Of a DNA stretch of 64,000 nucleotides, positions 1-11,121 are shown piece by piece. Origin of the DNA: Neoconidiobolus thromboides FSU 785. Lineage: Eukaryota > Fungi > Entomophthoromycota. Positions within the stretch are counted from its first letter, which is position 1, and every line of letters begins with the position of its first letter. The stretch covers positions 1 to 64,000 of the forward strand of contig MU626357.1 of the NCBI GenBank assembly GCA_025603075.1, read 5' to 3'. The notes beneath the pieces are model-generated. The model was not told the origin of the DNA. It did no database searches and saw only the letters and a list, made by a program, of their open reading frames with translations. Made by a program: the position numbers and the translations under genes.

Positions 1-92
1 CTAACCCTAACCCTAACCCTAACCCTAACCCTAACCCTAACCCTAACCCTAACCCTAACCCTAACCCTAACCCTAACCCTAACCCTAACCCT
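1..92 (-). repeat. Telomeric repeat (TTAGGG)n on the minus strand; left chromosome end
   Basis: 15 perfect CTAACC units plus CT from position 1, then an abrupt switch to unique sequence. Confidence 0.98.
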
Positions 93-1040
93 TGTAAAAT
101 ATCGCTTTGTCAGTCCCATGGTTAATTATAGCATAACAATCGCCTAAGCTGTTGTATTCTTGAGTTCAGAGGAAATCAATCCCATGTTCTTATTTTGATT
201 TGCTATGAGAATTTCTAGCTCCATCCAAAAGAATATTATCTTCTCATTTTGATATTTATACTTTTCAGAGTATAAAAGAGTTTACAGAGTATAGTAGTTC
301 GAGGCTTTTTAACTGAATTATTCCCTGATATCTCGAACATTTAATAAAGTCACTAAGTTTTCTTAATAGTATTTTACATAGATTCTACATTAGTATTGTC
401 TATTCTATTTGCCTTATATAGCTAGTGACCTATTACGTGCTATTCTTCATAATCCAAGTCTATCTTAGTCACGTAAACTAAGACCTTTCGACTTATAGTG
501 TAGTCAACCCAGCAATAGCTGTTCTTGATTCCAAACCCTGAGTACCAGATTTCACACCTTGAGTCACTATGTTCTAGAATCTCTTTTATACTCCAACAAG
601 TATGGATATCAAAATGAGAAGATAATGTCCTTCGGAGTCATATGACAGAAATTCTCATAGTAAATCAAAATAGGAGCATGGAATTGATTGTCTCTGAACT
701 CGAGAACACTACTTGAGTGATTGCTGTATTAGAATCAATCATGGAGCTGACAAAGCAATATTCCACACTTTTATCCATACTTGTTGGAGTATAAAAGAGA
801 TTCTAGAACATAGTGACTCAAGGCTTTTTAACTGAATTGTTCTCTGATATCTCTCGTACATTTAATAAAGTCACTAAGCTTTCTTAATAGTATTTTACAT
901 AGATTTTACAATAGTATTATCTATTATATTTATCTTACATAGTCTGTAGCATATTACGTGTTATTCTTCATAACCCAAGTCTATCTTAGTCACATAAACT
1001 AAGACCTCTTGACTCTAACCACTGAGTACCAGATTTCACA
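93..1040. repeat. Subtelomeric ~465-bp unit in two diverged copies, the second internally inverted
   Basis: Copy 1 (93-556) = segments a(93-250), b(251-304), c(305-556). 557-771 is the reverse complement of a'b'. 772-1040 is b'c' in direct orientation. Both copies end in CTGAGTACCAGATTTCACA. Roughly 80-90% identity by eye. Confidence 0.9.
557..823. repeat. Perfect 52-bp inverted repeat (557-608 / 772-823) with a 163-bp spacer
   Basis: CCTTGAGTCACTATGTTCTAGAATCTCTTTTATACTCCAACAAGTATGGATA is the exact reverse complement of 772-823. Confidence 0.95.
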
Positions 1041-1384
1041 ATAATAAATAATAGATTTTATAATTATTTGATTTGTTATATTAATTTATAATTTAGCAAC
1101 TAACCTTTTCTTTTAAAATAAATAATATAAAATCCAGTACTTGATAAAAAAAGCAATGAAAGTTTTTTAAGTACTATTTATAAATTAAAAATGTGTAAAA
1201 ATTAAGTAAATTTTACTAAAGTATGCCAATTTTTAAAAAAAATATTATAATAAAAAGTTTTTTTATATTTTACATTAAAGCACCGTATATAAAAGACATA
1301 TTATAAACTATGATTAAACTAATTATTAAATCGATAAAGTAATATTTTATAACAGTTAGTTAGTAAATGTTTAAATTTAAATAT

Positions 1385-1485
1385 GTGGGAGTGTTTTTTT
1401 TGACTTCGTTACTTTTTCCATTTTTTAAGCGTTATTTAAGTGGAAATTTTATTAGTAAAATCATTAAACAAAAAAACACATCCTC
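1385..1485 (+). mobile_element. MITE family copy A (~98 bp; + defined as GGCTTCATTAC-like end on the left)
   Basis: Matches the family core TTTTTCCATTTTTTAAGCG..AGTGGAAA..TTAGTAAAAT. ATAT on both flanks (1381-84, 1486-89). Confidence 0.85.
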
Positions 1486-1928
1486 ATATGATAGTTATTT
1501 ATTTATTTTAAGATTTTGTTTTTTTATTAAAAAATATGTCTATAGCTTTGTATTTATTAAACTACCAGATGATACTGAGTTCATTTAATTTTAGTTAAAT
1601 AAAAATAGTAAAAGTTTTATAAACCTAAGATTTATAGAAAACATTGAAATCTGACATTTTTAGATATAGAAGACCTTGTAAAGTTTTACTAATTGTAAAA
1701 ATTCCAAAACATCTAAAAGTGTCTTACCTATAAGAAATTATTAACACTTTTCAAAACTTTTTATGATCCCTATGTTAAAAAATACACCTTTAAAATTAAT
1801 AGAAAATTCTCAAAATGATATCATTGTGTACAATTTTCGAGTTTAAAATTTGACCAATTAAAACAAACCCACCACGTATAAAAGAAAGTGATATATCAAC
1901 CATTTTAATATTTTCATTAGTTAAAATA

Positions 1929-3001
1929 ATGTCAACTCAACAAAATAGTTTGTATCCAGAAATTGAACCTTTTTATAAAGGCCAACTTAAAGTCTCTGAC
2001 GTTCATACCTTGTATTACGAACAATCCGGCAACAAGGATGGATTACCAGTAGTATTCTTTCATGGGTAATAAATCAATATAAAAAATAATTGATCGTTGA
2101 CTAAATTTATTTAATAAAGTGGGCCAGGTGGAGGTGTTGGAGATCGTGATAGAAGATTCTTTGATCCAAAAGTTTATCATATTATTTTATTTGATCAACG
2201 TGGTGCTGGAAACTCTACTCCTTCTTTCTGTTTAGAAGAAAATGATACTTGGTCTATTATTTCTGATATTGAAAAATTACGGTAATTATTATTTACATAA
2301 ATTTAACGATAAAAAAGATTTAATCATATTAAAGTAACCATTTAAAAATTGAAAAATGGGTTGTTTTTGGTGGCTCATGGGGCTCTACTCTTGCTCTTGC
2401 GTATGCTGAAACTCACATCCAAAGAGTTCATGGTTTAGTTTTAAGAGGTATCTTTTTACTTCGTGATGAAGAAATCGAATGGTTTTACCAAAAAGGTGCG
2501 TCCCATATCTATCCAGACCAATGGGAAGGTTACCTTGCTCCAATTCCTGAAAGTGAAAGACATGATTTATTAACTGCCTATTATAAACGTCTAACTGGTG
2601 ATAATGAAGAAGAACGTGTTAAATGTGCAAAGGCCTGGTCTACTTGGGAAATGGCTACCTCAAGACTTAGAGTTGATCAAAAAGGTATTGAAAGAGCTTC
2701 TAATGACATTTGGTCCCTTGCTTTTGCTCGTATTGAATCCCACTTCTTTATTAATAAGGGGTTCTTTAAACCTAACCAATTATTAGAAAATGCTCATATC
2801 ATTAGAGATTCTAAAATTCCAGTAACTATTGTTCAAGGTAGATATGATGTAGTTTGTCCTGCCAAATCTGCTTGGGATTTGAAAAAAGTTTTACCCGAAG
2901 CTGAATTACATATTGTAGAAGATGCTGGTCATTCTGCAAAAGAAGATGGTATTACTAAATTGTTAGTAGATGCTTGTGATAAATATAAATCCTTATTTTA
3001 A
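1929..3001 (+). CDS. Proline iminopeptidase (prolyl aminopeptidase, S33 alpha/beta hydrolase), 3 exons
   Basis: Splicing introns 2066-2119 and 2282-2334 gives HGGPGGG, DQRGAG and the GGSWGS nucleophile motif. The C-terminus has IVQGRYDVVCP and AGHSA. Confidence 0.95.
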
Positions 3002-3153
3002 ATAAAGATGATTTTGTTTAAAATTTAAATTACGAATATTATATAAGTAACTATTATGTTATTAAATTACTATTTTTGATAATTATTTATTAACTCAGTT
3101 AAACAGTTTTAAAATCCAAGGTTTAAAAAATGATTAAACAGTTTATTTTATTC

Positions 3154-4444
3154 TTAAGAAGAATTTGCCCAATCTTTTAATTGTAATAGTTTTTGTTTAA
3201 GTTCATCGTCTAGTTTTCTATTATTTTGTGCTTGTTTGAACACTTTTGATATTTCAGAAGTTGGTATACAATTATTGGAATATGACTGGGTAAATTTAAG
3301 TAACATATCACTCCAAAGATATGCTAAATCAGAATCTATATGATTAGTTAACTTGGTTTGTAATAAACTACACCATTTGATAATTATTCCTGATTCAACT
3401 GGATCATTATTCTTAACCTTTTCATCACTGTGTTCATTCTTCATTGAAGGATCTAGTAAATCAATAATAAGATTCAACACTTTTGTATTGACACTTTTAG
3501 ATAAATCAAATTGGTAAACATTATACAACACATCAAATCCATTAGCACGATGGAAAGCCTCTAATGCTAAATCATCATTTCTAACTGAAGCCGATAAAGC
3601 ATATAGTAACTTTGGAGTAATATCTTTCTTATTTTCAAAAGATAAATAAGCAAGTAATTTCGAAGGTAAATCAAATTTATGAACAATATCATGTGCCTTA
3701 TTATTATTCTAATAGGGATAAACATGTCATTTTTGTAAAGCTTTAAAAATATATTAAAATTACCTGTATTGAAGATCCAATGACTTTTGCTGAAAGGATT
3801 CTAAGTTTCGATGGCCATATTGGACGTAACAAATCCAATAGATTAACAAATACATCGCTGTTAACTAAATCTAGTCCAAAATTTATATCATGAACTAATT
3901 CTTCTAAGTTTTCTAATGCTTCTGTTATACTCTCTTTATCTGCATCCAAATTTTGTAATTGAGCTATACTATCATTAAATTTACCACGATCAGAAGCATT
4001 TTCTTTATGTGTTCTAGTACCACTTTTTAAAGAAGGCGTATTTTTATTGTTGTCCTTATTTTTCAATACAATAACCTCATTTCCTTTATTTTCGGCCGTA
4101 TCAAGCAATTTAGCCATCTTTTCTCCGTTTTGTAAACCCATTTTATAATGCAAACCTAAAAATATAATGTACTAAATAAGACAAAAATAAAATAAAATAA
4201 AATAATCAAAATTACCTGGAGGTACTATTTGCCCTTCAATAATTTTCTGGAATTCATGGGTTGCTTTAAAATATTTTGGATAACATAGCCCGTCTTCTTT
4301 ATTTTTTATCTCATCTTTTGAGCAATTACCTTGATGGGGTTCATGCTCTTTGACAGCTTCTTGCCTATACCCTATGGATTCTTCATTACTTGCTAAAGCG
4401 ATCCCTAATAAGATTGATACTAATGCTACTGAAATAATTTTCAT
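3154..4444 (-). CDS. SIL1: SIL1/BAP-like ER nucleotide exchange factor for BiP, spliced
   Basis: Signal peptide, then the N-terminal motif F.ATHEFQKIIEGQIVPPG|LHYKMGLQNGEKMAKL across a GT-AG intron, followed by a helical ARM-like region. Confidence 0.85.
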
Positions 4445-4937
4445 TTTTTGTTAAGCTATAATAAATAGATGCTGCTATATCTTATATATTAGTTTAATTT
4501 ACACCTAATAAGCATAGAAATAATTTTAGTGTATTTTTCTTATTGGATTCAAATTGCTAGTAAAAGAATTATCTATGTAAACAATTATGTGTAATGTTTT
4601 AATTGGATATTTAATTGATTTTTGTTTATTGTATAATACACTAAGCTACTCTACAATAAATTCTAGATAATACAAATGTTTATCTCAAAATCTATTAATA
4701 CTTTTAAATTATAAAATCAGTCATTTAATAAGTCTAATAACTTAAGTATAATCATAATCATAATCTTGTTTGAATTTAATACATTTATATAATGTTTAAG
4801 TTATTGGTTAATTCAATTTTAAAATGGTCATTCTCTTAATATTAATTCACCTCAAAGCAAAATGAAACATTAAACCTAACGATGACGAAACATTTAAAAG
4901 CCCTTCTGATCTTTATTTTCTTTACTTTTTTAAAAAA

Positions 4938-5438
4938 ATGTTACAAAAATATATTAAAAAGAATCTTTTAAATAGTTTAAAATTGAATTACAGATACAAT
5001 ACTATATATACTTCTATTAAGTATTACAATCGTCATTTAGATATTGAAGAGGATGTTGACCTTTCAAGATCAACTTCAAACGCTTTTAACAAGGTAACAA
5101 AGGAAGAAGCCTTGGCTCCAGGTATTGCTGATAAAAGCCATGCCTATCGTGTATCCGCAAATCATGAAGATGTCTCCTTTTCTAATGAAAATGATGACTT
5201 AATAAATACTCCGTACTTTAAACCAATTTCTCATGGAAAAGGCATTCAATTAAAATCCATGGCTTCTGCAATTTCTAATGAAATGTCAGACTCTTTAAAC
5301 ATCAATTCTGAAGCAGCAAAAATTGCTTCGACTGAGACCAAAGAAGATAATAATATGGCTAAAGAGGCTGGAGAATTAGCTAACAAAACTAGGGTTATTT
5401 CCTCTGGCCATGGCAAGGTTTCGGTAAATGAAAATTAA
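4938..5438 (+). CDS. Hypothetical 166-aa hydrophilic protein, possible mitochondrial presequence
   Basis: Intronless ORF with higher GC than its flanks. Basic, acid-free N-terminus and Ala/Glu/Ser/Asn-rich body. No family recognised. Confidence 0.65.
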   Translation: MLQKYIKKNLLNSLKLNYRYNTIYTSIKYYNRHLDIEEDVDLSRSTSNAFNKVTKEEALAPGIADKSHAYRVSANHEDVSFSNENDDLINTPYFKPISHGKGIQLKSMASAISNEMSDSLNINSEAAKIASTETKEDNNMAKEAGELANKTRVISSGHGKVSVNEN

Positions 5439-5785
5439 TATTCAAACTTATTTATCCAATTTAGATAGATAGATTAATTTAAACATTAAATTATTTTCCG
5501 CTTTTACAACTTATTTTATTTTAATAATTTTTAAAACACTATTATTTTTAATAGTACTTTTATAAATTAATAAATTTATTACTATACAATATCTATTGTA
5601 AATATTTAACACAATTGAATAATATTAATTATAACTTTATATCTCACATAGTGGGTCTTATATTCATAATAGTATGCTTATTTTGATGTAATAATTATTA
5701 GATCTGGTTTTAGTAAATCACTTTGCATAATTGCTTAGTAGTATTTAAACAAAATGAAACGTAATAAAGGATTGTTTTTTGAAAA

Positions 5786-6868
5786 ATGGAACAAAGAAAT
5801 AATTTATTGAGTGATACCAACTTGAATTTTATATATTCAGAATTAATCAACAAGAATAAAAAAAATGACGAACAGTTTATAAACAAAAAAGAAGATATAA
5901 TAATACTATCACTTCATACTATATTCTTAGCATTGGGATTTAAAAACAAAACGAAGGGTAAGCTTATTTTTTAAAAGATAGTATTAAATTGACTTTATAA
6001 AGGAAATTCTGATGAAGCAGATAAATATTCTATGTCAGATATCTGGAATAAGGATGAGTTTTATAACTTTGAGTATTTACATCCTCAATCCAAATTGAAT
6101 TTTATAGTCAAAAGCTTAATCATGTCAAATAGATTGTTGATACATGGTAGTACACTAGAAGAAAATGAGATCTATAGCTTAGAAGTAATCACTGATGAAT
6201 ATATATCGGACCAAACTTCATTTCCACTAAAAAAGGATGACAACTTATCAAATTTGTATATATCACAAGATAAACTTAATAATTTAACTCAACTTATTAA
6301 AGAAAAAGTCATTCAAAAACTTATACCTGGGTTGCAAAAAGAGGGTTACCAAGAAAATATTACTGGAGGAAATGATGCTACTTCTAACATAACTCCCCCT
6401 ATACATGATAACTACAATGATAGCAGTAGGAATGTTAATTTAACTGAGCCTTCTTTCAATCCTTTTGCTTATGGCGATAGAGACCTTAATCCCTTAGGAG
6501 GTATGGGCACAGCTCCAGGCTTGCCTCGCTTTGGGGGCGGTGGTGGGAGTTCAATTGACCCATTTGGCATGGGTGGATCTAGCCAAGGCGGTATGTTTCT
6601 TGGGCCGAACCATCCTATATTTTCTCCGGATCACCCAAGTGCTCCGAGAAATCCAGGCTCCCTACCACCTCATGCTATACCTCCTGGAGCAAGGTTCGAC
6701 CCAATAACTCCTTTAGGACCAAGAGTAAACCCAAATTCACAAAGAGAACAGAGACCAACATTTTCTGGCGAACCAGACAATGATGAACTACCACCACCTG
6801 TAAGTTTTTTCATAAAATAGTTGAATATTACTAATAATAGATAGGGATATAATAATATGTTTATGTAA
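5786..6868 (+). CDS. PSMF1: Proteasome inhibitor PI31, 3 exons
   Basis: FP-domain-like N-terminus (HTIFLALGF), Pro/Gly-rich tail with PPGARFDPITP, and a final exon 6845-6868 giving ..PPP-GYNNMFM*. Confidence 0.9.
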
Positions 6869-7397
6869 TTTATGTTTGTAAAGTGCTAAATAAAGTTATT
6901 TTTGTCAATCATAAAATATAAGTATTGCTTTACGTGATATTAAAGCATTTTTATACCATTGAATGGATTTTTTACCGTTTATTTTATGTTCATAAATATA
7001 TTCCCTATTAAATAGCTTACATTGGTACATTGGATTAATTAAATCGAACAATATTATTAGTTTTTGTGTTCTAATAGATTAAAGATTGATATTTAATAAA
7101 TAAAATATTAACATTGTTCAGGAACTCTTTTGTTTTATTTGTTTTCTATTTTTTATACAACGTTGAATTAAAATTATTAGATAAATACTGAAATAAAAAA
7201 CATTATAATATAATACTATTGCTTTGCTATTGATTACCACCTTTTGACATTATAAAAGTTACAAGCTGAGTATTTAGAGTCTATTATACCCTTTTTGATA
7301 TTAAAATTTATTAAAATTTAGACATTGAAAACAGTCAAAGAATTCAACATCACAAGCGAAATAGTCTAAAGCTTATAAAAGCCTAACTTAAAGATAT

Positions 7398-7495
7398 GAG
7401 GATGAATTTTTCTATTCAAGAATTTTACTAACAATCTTTCTGTTCAAATAGCACTTAAAAGGTGGAAAAGCAATGAAACCGAAAAAATCATCTCC
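7398..7495 (-). mobile_element. MITE copy B
   Basis: GAGGATG..CATCTCC ends with ATAT on both flanks (7394-97, 7496-99). Confidence 0.85.
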
Positions 7496-9007
7496 ATATT
7501 TAAAATGCCTTCAAAATCACAAAATATGAAAAACATGTGATACCAGAAGATACATTAAAGTGATGGTTTATATTATTAAATCTACGTCAGATCTAATAAG
7601 TAACAAATTAAGGCTGTATTTATTACTATGCGATTCAGAAGATAGCTTTGAAAAAAATATATTAGATGAATATCTTCGAGTTATTAATTATCTTAAATAT
7701 TATAGACGTTTTGATAATGAATTGCTTGAAAATACACACCATCATCTGATAAATTACTCCATGATGAACATTATATACTTAAAGTATCTTTATCTTCACT
7801 AAATCCATCAATGTTAACATTATAGCTCGAAGCATACACTGGATTTAATCCTATTTGAAGATGATTAAAACATAATACTACCCAATGATATTGATCCTAT
7901 GACATTCCACCTTAAAGGTGAGATATAGAAAGGGTTTACTGAATAATTTAATAATTAGTTTTTAGAAAAACAGAATAGTACTAGTCTTACTGTGTGACAT
8001 TTTGTCCAAAATAAATAGTAATTTTATTACACCCTGTTTTGATCAACTCCCTCCATTACAAGTTAACTCATATTTATTTCATAGTCAATTAACTATTTGG
8101 GCAATATTTAGACGGGTTCTACCCATCTGATAAGTGAAAAGGTTAAGAAGATATAATTCAAATTTGATTTCCACTATTTTATATACAGTAATATCTGGAT
8201 AGTTGCCATAGAAATGAAACAAACTGCTGCATTTTTTTAAAATATTGCAAGATATGACTGGTTAACTATGTAAATAAATTAAAATACCAAGGCGAATCGA
8301 TAAAATTTCTCTTGTAGTTGTTAAATAAAGTTAATTCAGCGTTTTATCATTTTCCTTTTTTTACTTAGTTTTGATGAATAATTGTTTTTCAATGTTTTAT
8401 AAGTTTTAAAGGATATTCCTATTAGTTTGCATGTTTTCATTTTTAAAATAAGGCTAAACCTTATAAAAACATTTGATTTTTAAAAAGTTAAATGATGTTG
8501 TATCCTGAACTTTGTAAGAATGACAATACTACTGCAAATTCGCTGCAAAATTAACTTTGGATACCGCATTGTAGTTCAAAAAACTACTGCAGCAGAAATG
8601 AGCTTAATATTAATATACACGATTATCCCAATTATCGTCAATTATCCACAGGCATCACTGCCCTTATTTTCACTATTGAGTTGTTTATAATTAGTAAAAT
8701 AAATAGATCAATATATTAAAATAAAGGTCAAGTATTACAAATGTTATCTATCATATATTGATTAGTGTATTATCTGCTGTTTACTATTTATTATCTATCT
8801 GTCATTAATTATAATTTAATCTAAAATAAGTAAATTTTTATTGCTAATTGCTACTTACTATTTTAGTTCATAAATTGTAAGCTTAATTAATTTATATTAT
8901 GAGAATGTATTAAGTATTATTATTTTATTCACATTATTTAAATATTAATGTATATTAATCACAGGAAGGATACTTTTAGTATATAGTCAATAAAATGGAG
9001 TTTAGAC

Positions 9008-9823
9008 TTATTGGCATGGGGAAGAACTTTCATTTTCAATACATTTCATTCCATTTGGGCAATTGAAATGAAACAGGATCCCAAAGACGCATTGGGTGTA
9101 TTTGGTTTTACCATTACATTTAATTTCAAAGTCATTACATGAAAACTCACCCTGGATTTGAGTAGGTTTGGTTTCCAAATTACTATTTGTACTAGAAGTG
9201 GAAGTAGTTTGTGTACTATCAGTTGATGAAGTTGGAATATCAGTGATACTTTGATCAGAAGAATCTGTGTTTTGACTGCTAGAATTTGTACTTTGGGCTG
9301 TTTTTGACTCAGTGGCTTGAGTTCTGACGCTTTCGCTTGGCTTTTGAGTCTCGCTCGGCTTAACTTCTTCATGTTTTTCTCCCTTTGATGGTGAAGGAGA
9401 AGATCGGAAGCCAGGCAATTCATAACTTCCTCCTTTTATGATTCCTGCACAGTTACCAGAATCTGTTGCTTCCCATGAAGCTTCGAATCTTCCACTTTCT
9501 TCACCAAATAACTCTTTAAATGAGTTCATATTGATATCTAAACCTTGACCACCTTTGTCGACTGCCATAACATAGACAACCTTATCATTACCACTTACTT
9601 TTAAACATGTACCACATTCACTTCCAAGTAAATCCTGCACCGCAGTAACTCTATCCAAATCCATATGAGACCCTAATATTCCGCACATTACTGGACTTTT
9701 ATCAAGCAAAGGGGCATCTTGGTGATAATAATGAGTTGAAATTCTATTGCTACCAGAAGTAGAGCAATTGATATTTGAACTGAAAATGAGCAAAACTAAA
9801 GCTGAAATGAATGTCTTGTGCAT
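9008..9823 (-). CDS. Secreted expansin/loosenin-like (RlpA/DPBB) protein with Ser/Thr linker and C-terminal 6-Cys CBM19-like domain
   Basis: Signal peptide, then CGTCLKV..VYVMAVD.GGQGLDIN..SFKEL (DPBB-like). S/T-rich linker, then C-x6-C-x8-C-x9-C-x5-C-x8-C. Confidence 0.75.
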   Translation of the reverse strand: MHKTFISALVLLIFSSNINCSTSGSNRISTHYYHQDAPLLDKSPVMCGILGSHMDLDRVTAVQDLLGSECGTCLKVSGNDKVVYVMAVDKGGQGLDINMNSFKELFGEESGRFEASWEATDSGNCAGIIKGGSYELPGFRSSPSPSKGEKHEEVKPSETQKPSESVRTQATESKTAQSTNSSSQNTDSSDQSITDIPTSSTDSTQTTSTSSTNSNLETKPTQIQGEFSCNDFEIKCNGKTKYTQCVFGILFHFNCPNGMKCIENESSSPCQ

Positions 9824-10395
9824 TTCAAATCAGATGGGTTGATATATTAATTGTATATAATTTTATCAGCTTTTAAAAAAAGCAAAAGCAAAGATTAAAT
9901 ATTAGGTATTAGGTATATTTATAAAAGAAAACCAAGGTATCTTTCACTCTCACCTCTTTTTATTCTAGTACTTGATTTTAAAGGGGATAAATTAAATATC
10001 ATGGGGATAAATCGAATTTAAAGAAATTTTTCCAAATAGGGAATATTCTATAGTGACTTTAAAATTAATGGATTATAGAATCCGCGTAATTGAACCAAAA
10101 CCTTAAATCCTTGTAAAAATTGAAAACTCTTTATCATGGAGGTGATTTTAAATATTTTAGTAAATTTGGAAAATGTTTATTGACCTTATCATCTGCCCAA
10201 CATAGTATATTAAATTAATAAATTTCATTATTATCAATCAGTAATTTTATCTCAAAATTTCGAAAAAACACTTGAGTACATGATATTTTCGAATCTTTTG
10301 AAAAAATAAAAAATAAAATTTAAAAAGTTGAATACAATAAAATTTATTTATTTATTTATACCAGTCAATACACAGTATTGAAATTAGACTATTTT

Positions 10396-11121
10396 TTATG
10401 CACAAGTAACAAAGCTACCTTTGTTTTCACATTTTGTGCCTTTAGCACAACTTATAATGAAAGGAGTATCGTGGACACATTGTACAAAACGATTACCACC
10501 TAAGCATTTCATTTCAAATCCTTTACAAGTCACATCCTTATCGCTATTGGAAGTTTCTGACTTAGCTTCTTCTTTAGTTTCTTTTTTAGCTTCTGGCTGT
10601 ACTTCTTGTTTGGTCTCTGGCTGTACCTCTTGTTTAACCTCCTGTTTAACTTCCTGTTTAACTTTAGGTTCATCGTTTTTCTTTGGAGAAGGAATCGAAC
10701 GTAATCCAGGAATGTTATAGTCACCACCAGTGATAATACCTGCGCAATTGCCAGAATCCGTTACTTCCCATGAAGCATCAAATCTCCCAGTTTCTTCACC
10801 GAATAGTTCTTTAAAGGAGCTCATGTTAATATCTAAACCTTGACCTCCTCTATCAACTGCCATAACGTATACGACTTTATTGTTACCAGTTACTTTTAAG
10901 CATGAGCCACATTCAGCACCAGTTAAATCTTGGACTGCAGTAACTCTATTCAAATCCATGTGGGATCCTAAAAATCCACACATTACTGGGTTTGTATCAA
11001 GGAATGGAGCATCTTTATGATAATAATGAGTAGTAATTTTATTACTACCGGAAGTAGAAGCTGAAGAGCCACTTGAAAGTAAACTGACAATGGAATATAA
11101 AAAAATAGAGTTAAAAATCAT
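10396..11121 (-). CDS. Tandem paralog of the DPBB + CBM19-like protein, with (KQEV)n linker
   Basis: DPBB domain nearly identical to 9008-9823. The likely start is the second Met (MIFNSIFLYSIVSLLS, signal peptide) at 11121, not 11208. Confidence 0.75.
   Translation of the reverse strand: MIFNSIFLYSIVSLLSSGSSASTSGSNKITTHYYHKDAPFLDTNPVMCGFLGSHMDLNRVTAVQDLTGAECGSCLKVTGNNKVVYVMAVDRGGQGLDINMSSFKELFGEETGRFDASWEVTDSGNCAGIITGGDYNIPGLRSIPSPKKNDEPKVKQEVKQEVKQEVQPETKQEVQPEAKKETKEEAKSETSNSDKDVTCKGFEMKCLGGNRFVQCVHDTPFIISCAKGTKCENKGSFVTCA

Noticed and set aside
3154-3180. SIL1 lacks a C-terminal HDEL/KDEL
   Set aside because: Retention signals vary among SIL1 orthologs and BiP binding can retain it, so this is weak on its own.
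7560-7802. 80-aa ORF next to MITE B, possibly a gene or transposase remnant
   Set aside because: No recognisable motif on either strand. It cannot be supported without a TBLASTX search.
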